A stretch of DNA of 64,000 nt from Flavobacteriales bacterium (GCA_013214205.1 JABSPQ010000064.1:6371-70370); one strand, 5' to 3'. Positions 34,538 through 44,205 are shown, counted from the first letter of the stretch. Numbers and translations: made by a program. Notes: generated by a model from the letters alone, not told the origin.

Positions 34538-35750
34538 ACTTGGCAATTACATCGTCGATCTCATTGATATCATCAAAAAACGAAAGTAATTTCTGTAATA
34601 CCTTTTCAATTGTAATATCAGGACACGAAGCTCCACTGGTTAGTATTATCGTAAGTGGACGATGATCCGGTAAATAATTTTCCGTTCTAATTCTTTTTTC
34701 CCCTCGCCAGTCAAAATGATTCAAAGTTGCATCGTTTTCTATTTCCTGATCAGAAGATATAAAATAGGTTGGCAATTTACTCTCGCACAATTCTACAATA
34801 TGAGATGTGTTAGAACTATTGTACCCGCCAACTACCAGTGCCAAATCTGCTTTGTGCTTAAGTAAAGCGTAGGTTGCTTCTTGATTGTCGTTAGTGGCGT
34901 AGCAAAGCGTATCTCTAGTGTCGGCAAAATGATTCTTATCCTTTTCTTGACCATGCTTTTTCTCCAACGCTTCTTTTATAGTATTGGCAATATGTTGAGT
35001 TTCTTGTGCCAACATAGTGGTTTGGTTAATTACACCAACTTTCTGTAAATCTCTAGCAACATCAAACCCGTCTGTGTGTCTGCCCTTAAAAACCTTATAA
35101 AACTCAGCTGCATCAACATTACCTAAAATAATATCTGTTAAAAGCATCGCTTCTTGATAATCTTTTATAATAAGAGAAGGAGCATTGAGCTTGCTTCTGG
35201 AAAATGTGGCTTTCGTTTCTTCGTGGTTGTGTTTACCATGAATGATTATAGTGTACTCATCCATACCCAGTTTCTCCGATTTTTTCCAAACCCGTTCAAC
35301 AAACGGACATGTTGTGTCGTACTTATGCACTTCGATTCCGATGGAATTTAGCTTTTTCTCAATCTCTAAAGTGGTGCCAAATGCAGGAATAATTACGATG
35401 TTATCTTTTTTTATTTCATCCCAAGGTGTAATCTGATTTCCTTCAGTATCCTGAATAAATGAAATCCCCCTATTTACAAGATCTCGGTTAACCTCTGGGT
35501 TGTGAATCATTTGACTAAGCAAATAGATCTTTTTATCAGGGTTTTCCTCCAGCGCTCTATAAGAAATCTCTATTGCGTTTTCCACACCATAGCAGAAACC
35601 AAAATGCCGAGCAATTAAGAAACGAACTGGTCCAAAATCAAGTATAGTAGGAGAGAAGTCTTTTTTTCGGGGATCAAGCTCCTTTCTAATTTCTTTTAAT
35701 TCGGTGATAATCGAACTTTTGTAGAACTCAGGAATGTCGAATTTTTTCAA
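34515..35750 (-). CDS. ispH: 4-hydroxy-3-methylbut-2-enyl diphosphate reductase, long form
   Basis: 411 aa with three cluster Cys contexts (FGFCYGVENA, DTTCPFVERVW, LCYATNDNQ) plus GGYNSSNTSH and TSGASCPD. It is collinear with the ~400-aa cyanobacterial/plant-type IspH. Confidence 0.9.
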   Translation of the reverse strand: MKKFDIPEFYKSSIITELKEIRKELDPRKKDFSPTILDFGPVRFLIARHFGFCYGVENAIEISYRALEENPDKKIYLLSQMIHNPEVNRDLVNRGISFIQDTEGNQITPWDEIKKDNIVIIPAFGTTLEIEKKLNSIGIEVHKYDTTCPFVERVWKKSEKLGMDEYTIIIHGKHNHEETKATFSRSKLNAPSLIIKDYQEAMLLTDIILGNVDAAEFYKVFKGRHTDGFDVARDLQKVGVINQTTMLAQETQHIANTIKEALEKKHGQEKDKNHFADTRDTLCYATNDNQEATYALLKHKADLALVVGGYNSSNTSHIVELCESKLPTYFISSDQEIENDATLNHFDWRGEKRIRTENYLPDHRPLTIILTSGASCPDITIEKVLQKLLSFFDDINEIDDVIAKFKNQSVA

Positions 35751-35843
35751 ATCAAATAATTTAAGTGTGAAATTAATTAATTAACCAACGAAAAACCTTG
35801 TTACGGTAGTACTGTAGTATGCTGTTTTTTGTAATAAAAATTA

Positions 35844-35851
35844 TATCTTTG
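35844..35851 (+). promoter_or_regulatory. candidate -7 box TATCTTTG for rpsA
   Basis: Matches TAnnTTTG and ends 89 nt upstream of the rpsA ATG. Confidence 0.4.
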
Positions 35852-35861
35852 CACGCTTATT

Positions 35862-35880
35862 AAATCGGAGGTACCGATTT
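35862..35880 (+). promoter_or_regulatory. hairpin in the rpsA leader
   Basis: Perfect 7-bp stem AAATCGG / CCGATTT with loop AGGTA, lying between the candidate -7 box and the rpsA start. Confidence 0.3.
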
Positions 35881-35940
35881 GTCAGTAAACAACAGATTTA
35901 GAAGTCCGGAGAGTCCGGGGATTTATTATTAATATTAAGT

Positions 35941-37947
35941 ATGTCAGAAAAAGAAACATCAGAAGTAGAAGCAACAAAAGTTGACCAAGTAGAATCAAAA
36001 GAAGAAACGAAGGAAGACGCAGGTGACGAGTCTACAACTGTAGCAGAGGTAAAAGCTGAAGTAGCTAAAGAAAAAGTAGGAAGTTCTTCCGAAAGCCTTG
36101 AAGATAGATTAAAGAATTTCAATTGGGATACACTAGGTAATGGTGTAGAAGATGAGGAAACTTATACCCCAGAGGAAAGAGCTGAGTTAGAAATTATATA
36201 TGAAAACAGTTTAACCTCAATTGAAGAAAAAGATATTTTAGATGGTCTAATCGTAACTATGACTAAGAAAGAAGTTGTAGTTAATATCGGTTACAAATCA
36301 GATGGAATTATTGCATTAACAGAATTTAGATACAACCCAGATATCAAGGTTGGTGATTCTGTTGAAGTATTCATTGAAAACAAAGAAGATAAGTTCGGTC
36401 AATTAATCCTTTCTCACAAAAAAGCGAGAACACTTAAAGCTTGGAGAAAATTAAACGAAGTTCTAGAAACAGGTGAAATTATTACTGGTTTTGTTAAATG
36501 TAGAACTAAAGGTGGTTTAATTGTTGACGCTTTCGGAATCGAGTCTTTCTTACCAGGATCGCAAATTGATGTGAAGCCTATTAGAGATTACGATGATTAC
36601 GTTGGTAAAGAAATGGAATTCAAAGTTGTTAAAATCAACCAAGAATACAGAAACATTGTAGTATCGCACAAAGCGTTAATCCAAGCTGAATTAGAGAAAC
36701 AAAAAGTTGTTATCATGTCTAACCTTGAAAAAGGTCAAGTACTTGAGGGAACTGTTAAAAACATCACTTCTTATGGTGTGTTTATCGATTTAGGTGGTGT
36801 TGATGGATTAGTTCACATTACAGATTTATCTTGGGGTAGAGTTAATCACCCAGAAGAATTGGTTGAACTAGATCAAAAAGTAAACGTTGTTATTCTTGAC
36901 TTTGACGATAAGAAGAAAAGAATTGCATTGGGTATGAAACAACTTTCTGCTCATCCTTGGGATGCGTTAGATTCTAAATTGAAAGTTGGCGATACTGTTA
37001 AAGGTAAGGTTGTTGTTCTTGCAGATTACGGTGCGTTCTTAGAAGTTGCTCCTGGTGTTGAAGGTTTGATTCACGTTTCTGAAATGTCTTGGTCGCATCA
37101 CTTAAGTGCAGCTAAAGATTTCTTCAATATCGGAGATCAAATTGAAGCACAAGTATTGACTTTAGATAGAGACGAACGTAAAATGTCGTTAGGAACTAAA
37201 CAATTGGCTCCAGATCCATGGATGGAAATCGAAAAGAAATACACAATCGATTCTGAGCACACAGTTGCTGTTAGAAACTTTACCAATTTCGGAATATTTG
37301 TTGAGTTGGAAGAAGGTATCGACGGATTGGTTCATATTTCTGATTTATCTTGGACAAAGAAAATTAAACATCCATCAGAATTTATCGCTGTAGGAGAGAA
37401 ATTGAAAGTTAAAGTGTTAGAGGTTGATTCTGAAAACAGAAGATTAAGCTTAGGACATAAACAACTTGAGACTAATCCTTGGGATGAATATGCTGATAAG
37501 TACAAAGAAGAGTCTATACACACAGGTAAAATTGTTGAAGTACTTGAAAAAGGTGCTAGAATAATTCTTCCAGAAGATGTAGAGGCGTTTATTCCTACTA
37601 AGCATTTACTTAAAGAAGACGGTTCTACTGCTAAAATGGGTGAATCAATAGCTGTTAAAATCTTAGAATTCTCCAAAGATTCTAAAAAGATTATTGCATC
37701 ACACAGTAGATCATATTCTGATCAAGTAGAAGATGTAAAAGCTAAAGGTTCTTCTTCTTCTAAACCAGATGAAAAAGGCAAAGGCAAAGGAAAAGGCAAA
37801 GGAAAATCTTCAACTTCTAAAGATGTTCAAGATTTAAGAAAAGGTCTTGAGAAAACAACATTAGGTGACCTAGACGTTCTTTCTAGTATGAAAGAAGCCT
37901 TAGAAAAGGCAGAGAAAGGAGATAAGCCAGGTGATGATAAGTCTTAA
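35941..37947 (+). CDS. rpsA: 30S ribosomal protein S1 with acidic N-terminal and Lys/Gly-rich C-terminal extensions
   Basis: 668 aa with six S1/OB repeats (e.g. TSYGVFIDLGGVDGLVHITDLSW). The N-terminal ~55 aa are E/K/S/T-rich and the C-terminal tail contains EKGKGKGKGKGKSS. Confidence 0.95.
   Translation: MSEKETSEVEATKVDQVESKEETKEDAGDESTTVAEVKAEVAKEKVGSSSESLEDRLKNFNWDTLGNGVEDEETYTPEERAELEIIYENSLTSIEEKDILDGLIVTMTKKEVVVNIGYKSDGIIALTEFRYNPDIKVGDSVEVFIENKEDKFGQLILSHKKARTLKAWRKLNEVLETGEIITGFVKCRTKGGLIVDAFGIESFLPGSQIDVKPIRDYDDYVGKEMEFKVVKINQEYRNIVVSHKALIQAELEKQKVVIMSNLEKGQVLEGTVKNITSYGVFIDLGGVDGLVHITDLSWGRVNHPEELVELDQKVNVVILDFDDKKKRIALGMKQLSAHPWDALDSKLKVGDTVKGKVVVLADYGAFLEVAPGVEGLIHVSEMSWSHHLSAAKDFFNIGDQIEAQVLTLDRDERKMSLGTKQLAPDPWMEIEKKYTIDSEHTVAVRNFTNFGIFVELEEGIDGLVHISDLSWTKKIKHPSEFIAVGEKLKVKVLEVDSENRRLSLGHKQLETNPWDEYADKYKEESIHTGKIVEVLEKGARIILPEDVEAFIPTKHLLKEDGSTAKMGESIAVKILEFSKDSKKIIASHSRSYSDQVEDVKAKGSSSSKPDEKGKGKGKGKGKSSTSKDVQDLRKGLEKTTLGDLDVLSSMKEALEKAEKGDKPGDDKS
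37774..37806 (+). repeat. in-frame hexanucleotide repeat (AAAGGM)x5.5 encoding (KG)n
   Basis: The sequence aaaggc aaaggc aaagga aaaggc aaagga aaa lies inside the rpsA 3' region. Confidence 0.8.
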
Positions 37948-37957
37948 ATGTAATTTT

Positions 37958-37988
37958 AAAAAGTCCCTTTTAAAGGGACTTTTTTTTT
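37958..37988 (+). terminator. rho-independent terminator after rpsA
   Basis: Stem AGTCCCTT (37962-37969) / AAGGGACT (37973-37980) followed by T8 (37981-37988). Confidence 0.8.
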
Positions 37989-38032
37989 GCCTATATGGTA
38001 TTGAAACTAAAATATTCTATTTTTAACTTTTA

Positions 38033-38581
38033 ATGAATAGAAGGACAATCTTAAATGAGAAGCAAGTTGAACTAACCATTAATAGGTTATGTCAGCAGCT
38101 AATAGAAAATCATGGTGATTTTCGGGATTCAGTTATTATTGGTCTTCAACCCCGGGGCGTATATCTTGCCCAAAGAATTCATAAACAATTAGAATCCCTT
38201 TTAAATACGCAAATTGAATTTGGTTATTTAGATTCTACTTTCTATCGAGACGATTTCCGACGTAGAAAAAACCCAATTACAGCCGGCACAACCGAAATAG
38301 ATTTTGTTATAGAAGACAAAAAGGTTGTTTTCATCGACGACGTACTCTTTACAGGAAGAACCATCAGGTCTGGCTTAGACGCCCTATTGGCGTTTGGCAG
38401 ACCATTGGTTGTTGAATTGTTGGTACTTATAGATAGACGATTTAGCAGACAACTACCAATTGAGCCAATGTATGTGGGCAAGCAGGTAGATTCGATTAGA
38501 ATGGAAAGGGTAGAGGTGACCTGGAAAGGATTAGAGAAAGAAACAAAAGTGGTATTATATACACCAGAAAGCGATGAGTAG
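38033..38581 (+). CDS. pyrR: bifunctional pyrimidine operon regulator / uracil phosphoribosyltransferase
   Basis: 182 aa with PRTase motif VVFIDDVLFTGRT. It overlaps the pyrB start by 8 nt. Confidence 0.88.
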   Translation: MNRRTILNEKQVELTINRLCQQLIENHGDFRDSVIIGLQPRGVYLAQRIHKQLESLLNTQIEFGYLDSTFYRDDFRRRKNPITAGTTEIDFVIEDKKVVFIDDVLFTGRTIRSGLDALLAFGRPLVVELLVLIDRRFSRQLPIEPMYVGKQVDSIRMERVEVTWKGLEKETKVVLYTPESDE

Positions 38582-39497
38582 TTTATCAGGAGATCATTTA
38601 CTTGGAATTAAGCAGATAACTGAGGCGGATATCAATTTGATTTTCGATACGGCAACTAGCTTTAAAAAAGTAATTAATAGACCAATAAAGAAGGTGCCGT
38701 CTCTACGTGACACCACAATTGCCAATTTGTTCTTTGAGAACTCAACCCGAACTAAATTATCGTTTGAACTAGCCGAGAAAAGGTTAAGCGCTGATATAAT
38801 CAACTTTTCATCTTCATCCTCTTCTGTTTCTAAAGGCGAAACATTGGTAGATACGGTAAAGAATATTTTGGCCATGAAAGTAGATATGGTTGTTATGCGA
38901 CACCCAAATCCTGGAGCAGCAGTATTTTTAGCCAAAAACATTAAAGCGAAAATCATCAATGCTGGCGATGGAGCACACGAACACCCAACGCAGGCTTTAC
39001 TTGATGCATATACGATAAGAGAAAATTGTGGTGACATAGCAGGAAAAAAAGTTTTAATCCTAGGAGACATCTTGCATTCGCGAGTTGCTATTTCTAATAT
39101 CCTTTGCTTGAAAAAATTAGGAGCGGAAGTTATGGTTTGTGGCCCAGCTACTTTAATACCTAGATATATTGAGTCGATGGGAGTAAAAGTTGAGCTCGAC
39201 TTATTAACGGCCCTCAATTGGTGCGATGTTGTAAATACCTTAAGAATTCAACTTGAAAGACAAAGTATAAAGTATTTCCCATCAATTAGGGAGTATGTAA
39301 TGCAATACGGAGTAAATAAGGAAATTCTGGACGGATTAGACAAAGAAATTACTTTGTTACATCCAGGCCCAATTAATAGGGGGGTTGAGATAACAGGTGA
39401 CGTTGCAGATTCTAAGCAAGCAGTGATTTTAGACCAAGTAGAGAACGGTGTAGCCATCAGAATGGCAGTATTATATCTCCTTGCACAAGAAATATAG
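38574..39497 (+). CDS. pyrB: aspartate carbamoyltransferase catalytic subunit
   Basis: 307 aa with ENSTRTKLSFE, HPTQ and HPGPINRG motifs. Confidence 0.93.
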   Translation: MSSLSGDHLLGIKQITEADINLIFDTATSFKKVINRPIKKVPSLRDTTIANLFFENSTRTKLSFELAEKRLSADIINFSSSSSSVSKGETLVDTVKNILAMKVDMVVMRHPNPGAAVFLAKNIKAKIINAGDGAHEHPTQALLDAYTIRENCGDIAGKKVLILGDILHSRVAISNILCLKKLGAEVMVCGPATLIPRYIESMGVKVELDLLTALNWCDVVNTLRIQLERQSIKYFPSIREYVMQYGVNKEILDGLDKEITLLHPGPINRGVEITGDVADSKQAVILDQVENGVAIRMAVLYLLAQEI

Positions 39498-39549
39498 TAT
39501 TTAAGCTAATTTATTTGATTTCAAATTGTTGTCCACGCTTCAAATTTTC

Positions 39550-39557
39550 TATATTTG
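39550..39557 (+). promoter_or_regulatory. candidate -7 box TATATTTG
   Basis: Matches TAnnTTTG and ends 16 nt before the ATG at 39574. Confidence 0.45.
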
Positions 39558-39573
39558 TTGCAAATAGAATTGT

Positions 39574-39948
39574 ATGAATTATTCAGTAGATAAAAAAGAG
39601 AAATATTCGTTGATTACTTTGGAGGCAGACAAGTTAACAGCCTTAATTTCACCAGAGTTAAAGTCAGAGTTTGTTGTGCTTAATGGAGACAACGTAAGCA
39701 ACATTGTGCTTGACCTTTCAAAAGTGTTGTATTGTGATTCTTCTGGATTAAGTGCTATCTTAATTGGGAACAGGTTATGTAAGGAAGCGGGTGGTTCGTT
39801 TGTGTTAGCAGGATTAAATAGTTCTGTTGAGAAATTAATCACAATTTCTCAATTAGAAACAGTTCTAACCATTGTACCTACAGTAAACGAAGCTATAGAT
39901 ACAATAATATTAGATACAGTATCAAAAGAGGTTGAAGAAGGCGAATAG
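39574..39948 (+). CDS. STAS-domain protein (anti-sigma-factor antagonist-like)
   Basis: 124 aa of SpoIIAA-like size, with the conserved loop YCDSSGLSAIL. Confidence 0.7.
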   Translation: MNYSVDKKEKYSLITLEADKLTALISPELKSEFVVLNGDNVSNIVLDLSKVLYCDSSGLSAILIGNRLCKEAGGSFVLAGLNSSVEKLITISQLETVLTIVPTVNEAIDTIILDTVSKEVEEGE

Positions 39949-39963
39949 CTAAACCAACCTTTT

Positions 39964-40878
39964 ATGAACTTTTCTGTAACCATCTTGGGTAGCAGTTCGG
40001 CTACCCCTACAGCAAGAAGAAACCCAAGCGCTCAGATATTGAACGCTGGCGGAAAAATGTTTCTTATAGATTGTGGCGAAGGAACCCAAATGCAGTTGCG
40101 TAGGTTTCGAATTAGATTTCAGAAAATCCATCATATTTTCATATCTCATTTACACGGCGACCATTATTTGGGTTTAATGGGTTTATTGCAAACCATGCAC
40201 CTTTTTGGCAAAACTTCTGTGGTTAATATTTATGGGCAGGAAAACTTAAAACCTATTATTTTAGAACAACTTAAGTATACTGAAGGATATATAAAGTATG
40301 AGTTGGTATTTAATAAGGTTAGCTACGACGAAGTAAGTCGAATTTATGAAGACGATAAGATTACGGTTGATTCGTTTCCTTTAGATCATGGAATTGATTG
40401 TACTGGCTATTTGTTTAAGGAAAAAAAGACGGATAGGAAACTAAACAAACCCAAGTCGGATCATTATGGCTTGTCTATAGAGGACATTGTTAACGTAAAA
40501 CGTGGGCAAGACTTTATAACCAAGGACGGAGAAACAATTCCTAACGATGAGTTAACGATAGATTCACGTACCCCTCGTGCATATGCCTATTGCTCGGATA
40601 CAGCTTTTAAAGAAGATTTAATCCCAATTGTAAAAGGCGTTGATTTACTTTACCACGAATCAACCTTTATGCAAGAGCATGCCGAAAGAGCCAAAATGAC
40701 CAAACACTCTACTGCATCAGAAGCTGCGGAAATTGCAAAGAGAGCTGAAGTGTCTAAATTAGTTTTAGGACATTTTTCGGCTCGTTATAAAGATTTGACT
40801 CCTCTATTAAATGAGGCAAAGGACGTTTTTGAAAATTCTGTACTGGCTACAGATGGCGCCGTGTTCGAAGTAAAATAG
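39964..40878 (+). CDS. rnz: ribonuclease Z
   Basis: 304 aa with MBL motif SHLHGDHYLGL, an N-terminal ILGSSSATPT region, and C-terminal GHFSARY. Confidence 0.88.
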   Translation: MNFSVTILGSSSATPTARRNPSAQILNAGGKMFLIDCGEGTQMQLRRFRIRFQKIHHIFISHLHGDHYLGLMGLLQTMHLFGKTSVVNIYGQENLKPIILEQLKYTEGYIKYELVFNKVSYDEVSRIYEDDKITVDSFPLDHGIDCTGYLFKEKKTDRKLNKPKSDHYGLSIEDIVNVKRGQDFITKDGETIPNDELTIDSRTPRAYAYCSDTAFKEDLIPIVKGVDLLYHESTFMQEHAERAKMTKHSTASEAAEIAKRAEVSKLVLGHFSARYKDLTPLLNEAKDVFENSVLATDGAVFEVK

Positions 40879-40880
40879 AT

Positions 40881-41483
40881 CTATTTTATATTAAAGATCT
40901 CCTGCATTTTAATCTCTTTACCTGCTTCATTAAATTCAATTTTCATAATTACATGATCCGTTCTAACACAACGATACATGCAATAAATACCATCTGGTTT
41001 TTTAATTGTGATGTATTCATCAAAAATAACTTCAATTTTTAATTTCACAATAGTTTTTTTAACCTGGCTCCAAGCTTGAGCAGGAAATCGCCAAGGTTCA
41101 TCAAAAAACTTTGTTTCTGTCCAATTACCAGCTGCATCAATAACTACAATACCATCATCTTTTTCGCTTGTACCAAATGATGCATGATATTCGAGGTTCT
41201 CCTTATTTCCTTTTTCATACACCAAATCCCAATGAGTGGGTGCTGATTTGGGCGATATGGTATTGAAAGTTCGTAAGATATTTACAGGAGGGTTAAGCTT
41301 TTTATATTTTTCGGATACCGAGCTACCAGACCCGTATGCCTCCATAATCATTATGGTTTCGGATGTTTCATTTTTATCGCTTGTTTCTTTTACATCCTTC
41401 TCAATAACAATTTGAGCATTGAGTAAACTAGAAAAGGAAACGAAAAGGGAAAGAGATATAAGTTTGATTAATATTTTTGTCAT
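40881..41483 (-). CDS. hypothetical secreted protein
   Basis: The ATG at 41483 gives the signal MTKILIKLISLSLFVSFSSLLNAQ. The TTG extension to 41522 is unlikely. No family recognised. Confidence 0.45.
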   Translation of the reverse strand: MTKILIKLISLSLFVSFSSLLNAQIVIEKDVKETSDKNETSETIMIMEAYGSGSSVSEKYKKLNPPVNILRTFNTISPKSAPTHWDLVYEKGNKENLEYHASFGTSEKDDGIVVIDAAGNWTETKFFDEPWRFPAQAWSQVKKTIVKLKIEVIFDEYITIKKPDGIYCMYRCVRTDHVIMKIEFNEAGKEIKMQEIFNIK

Positions 41484-41531
41484 ACTGGCAGGTGTGCTTA
41501 TCTTAATACGAATACTAGACAAACAAGTTAA

Positions 41532-41708
41532 TTAAATTGTTTCAACTTCTTCTCTGCTATGACAGCCATCTTTGAAACTGCAGCCCTCACATTTAACGTC
41601 TTCGCAGTAGGGATCCGACTTCTTTCTTATAACAAGAAGCTTAGAGCTTTTATAAAGCGCGTAGGCTAACGCACCTCCTACGATTATATATGTTAATATT
41701 TCCTGCAT
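41532..41708 (-). CDS. FeoB-associated Cys-rich membrane mini-protein
   Basis: Absent from the ORF track (58 aa). Translation is MQEILTYIIVGGALAYALYKSSKLLVIRKKSDPYCEDVKCEGCSFKDGCHSREEVETI, one TM helix plus a Cys cluster. It starts 12 nt after the feoB stop. Confidence 0.65.
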   Translation of the reverse strand: MQEILTYIIVGGALAYALYKSSKLLVIRKKSDPYCEDVKCEGCSFKDGCHSREEVETI

Positions 41709-41720
41709 CTTTAAAGTGTA

Positions 41721-44198
41721 TTATTTAATATACGTACCAATTTGATAAACAGCGAACGAGAAAAACCATGCTAAACTTGTACTATATACAACAGTAAATA
41801 TTGACCACTTAACTTCTTCCGATTCTTTCCTGATAGCAGCGATAACAGAAACACAGGGAAAGTAGACCAATACAAAAACCATTAAACCAAATGCTACCAA
41901 CGGGCTATAGACTTTTTTACCAATTTTATCACCTGATAAATATGTTTGATTCTGCATGTTTTGTGAGAGAGTATTCCCTTCTCCAGCATCATTAACATTT
42001 GATTGATATAGAACCCCCATTGTGCTCACAACGATTTCTTTTACTACAATACCAGTAAGTAAACTAACTCCAATTTTCCAATCGAAGCCTAATGGTGCAA
42101 TTGCGGGTTCTATAAATTTACCAACTTTACCGATATACGATTTCTCGTAGCGCTCAGCTTCTTTATCAAACACTATTTGATTTACTAATTTCTCTTGATT
42201 TTCTGGGTGACTAGCTATTGCTTCTGCAATTTGTTGATCGTAATCTTGAGAATAATCAATATCACGAGGATAATAACCTAGAGCCCAAACCAAAATAGAA
42301 GCAATCATTACTACACCAGTAATTTTCTTAAGGTATTGAGAAGATTTCCACCACATGTGCTTCATAAGTCCTTTAAATGAAGGTATTCGGTAGGGTGGAA
42401 GCTCCATTAAGAATGAATCTTCTTCGGCATATTTAAAAGCCGTATGCTTTAATATCAAGGCAGTTATTACAGCGATAGAGATTCCCAAGAAATATATAGA
42501 GAATAGCATAATGCCGGCATTGTTGGGAAAAAATGCACCAATAAGTAATATATAAATTGGCAATCGGGCGCTACACGACATAAATGGATTGATGAGCATC
42601 GTCAATATTCTATTGCTCTTGCTTGTTAATGTTCGGGTAGACATAATAGCTGGCACGTTGCAGCCAAATCCCATTAATAATGGAATAAAGGATTTCCCAT
42701 TAAGTCCCATAAAGCGCATCAACCTATCCATTATAAAGGCTGTACGCGACATGTAGCCAGTATCTTCCATCAATGAAATACAGAAATACAAGATTAAAAT
42801 ACTTGGAAAAAACGTAATGATTCCGCCAATTCCACTAATTAATCCATTTACTAAAAGATCTTTTAACGGACCTGCTGCCATATTTGCATTTACCAAATCG
42901 GCCAATAAGGCAACACCACTTTGAATAAGTGAGTTTGGATATCCACCCAAGGTAAATGTAGACTGAAACATGAGCCACATGAAGAAAATAAACAGAGGGA
43001 AACCCAAATATTGATGCGTAAGAATAGAATCGATCTTTAGAGTTTTATTTTCTGCGGTAGCATCTTCTCTAATTTCTGAAGTGGTTCGAGAAATTACGTT
43101 TGAGATGAACTTGTAGCGCATATCCGCAAACAGCTGATCACCATCATCTTTAAAATGGTTTTCTAAATCTTGAATACGTTGTGATGCAATTAACTGAATC
43201 TCTTCATAATTTTTGCATGCTTGTAATCGTAAAATGGTGTAAGCGTCGTTCTCTAACGCTTTAATAGCTAAATATCTTGGGTAAATCTTATCAGTTAAAG
43301 CTTTGTTATCGTCTATGTCAATAAGAGCCTCTATTTCTGCAATGTGTTTGCCAATGTGTTTGTCGTAATCTATAAAGAGCTTTTGCCTGGTATCGCTTTC
43401 AGATTTAAAAATATTTTCAACCTCCGTGAAAAGTTTGTCTACACCGAATTTGGTAGTACCAATTGTTGGCACGACAGGCATTCCTAATTCACTCGATAAT
43501 TTTTCAATGTCAATATCGAGGTTTTTACCTTCAACTTCATCAAACATATTCAGTGCCATCACCACATCAATGTTCAAATCGATTAACTGCGTTGTTAAAA
43601 ATAGGTTTCGTTCAAGATTTGAAGCGTCAACTACATTTACAACAACATCAGGCTGTTTGTCTAAGATCCATTTTCGAGCAAAAAGCTCTTCTGAAGAACT
43701 AGTTGACATGGAATAGATGCCAGGTAAATCGGTTATCTCGAAGGTATATCCGTTTTGTTGGAATTTTGCTTGATGATAATCGACAGTGGCACCATCGAAA
43801 TTACCAGTTCTACCGTGAGAATCGGAAGCGCTATTGAATAATGTGGTTTTTCCGCTATTGGGATTTCCAATCATTACTATCTTAATGCGCTTTCCCTTTT
43901 GGCGACCGTTTACGTTTATTTTGTTCTCCTTGATTAACGAAGTAATGGTTTCACAAAATAATTGTTCGGGTTTGTCGGTGGTTCTTATTTCTATGAGTTC
44001 TGCTTCGCTTTTTCTTAATGAGATATTGTAATCCATTAAGCTGAAAACGATTGGATCTTTGAGAGGAGCATGTTTTACAAGCGAAATTTCCTGTCCCTTA
44101 ACAAATCCCATCTCTGTAATCCGTCTGCGAAACTCCTCACTGCCATCAATATTAATGATAACAGCCTTTTTCAAATGCTTTAATTCCGATAACTTCAT
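41721..44198 (-). CDS. feoB: ferrous iron transporter, FeoA-FeoB fusion
   Basis: 825 aa with an N-terminal FeoA SH3-like domain (ITEMGFVKGQEISLVKHAPLKDPIVFSL), G-domain motifs GNPNSGKTTLFN and DLPG, and polytopic gate domains. Confidence 0.93.
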   Translation of the reverse strand: MKLSELKHLKKAVIINIDGSEEFRRRITEMGFVKGQEISLVKHAPLKDPIVFSLMDYNISLRKSEAELIEIRTTDKPEQLFCETITSLIKENKINVNGRQKGKRIKIVMIGNPNSGKTTLFNSASDSHGRTGNFDGATVDYHQAKFQQNGYTFEITDLPGIYSMSTSSSEELFARKWILDKQPDVVVNVVDASNLERNLFLTTQLIDLNIDVVMALNMFDEVEGKNLDIDIEKLSSELGMPVVPTIGTTKFGVDKLFTEVENIFKSESDTRQKLFIDYDKHIGKHIAEIEALIDIDDNKALTDKIYPRYLAIKALENDAYTILRLQACKNYEEIQLIASQRIQDLENHFKDDGDQLFADMRYKFISNVISRTTSEIREDATAENKTLKIDSILTHQYLGFPLFIFFMWLMFQSTFTLGGYPNSLIQSGVALLADLVNANMAAGPLKDLLVNGLISGIGGIITFFPSILILYFCISLMEDTGYMSRTAFIMDRLMRFMGLNGKSFIPLLMGFGCNVPAIMSTRTLTSKSNRILTMLINPFMSCSARLPIYILLIGAFFPNNAGIMLFSIYFLGISIAVITALILKHTAFKYAEEDSFLMELPPYRIPSFKGLMKHMWWKSSQYLKKITGVVMIASILVWALGYYPRDIDYSQDYDQQIAEAIASHPENQEKLVNQIVFDKEAERYEKSYIGKVGKFIEPAIAPLGFDWKIGVSLLTGIVVKEIVVSTMGVLYQSNVNDAGEGNTLSQNMQNQTYLSGDKIGKKVYSPLVAFGLMVFVLVYFPCVSVIAAIRKESEEVKWSIFTVVYSTSLAWFFSFAVYQIGTYIK

Positions 44199-44205
44199 TG
44201 AAATA

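Noticed and set aside
37958-37988. Hairpin upstream of pyrR, considered as a PyrR-controlled attenuator.
   Set aside because: It directly follows the rpsA stop with a T8 tail, as a standard terminator would. I see no PyrR-binding loop-like motif or alternative antiterminator pairing in the 45 nt before pyrR.
38594-39217. 207-aa minus-strand ORF.
   Set aside because: It is fully antisense to pyrB, whose translation carries the canonical ATCase motifs. The antisense product is Ser/Phe/Lys-rich and unstructured, typical of shadow ORFs in AT-rich DNA.
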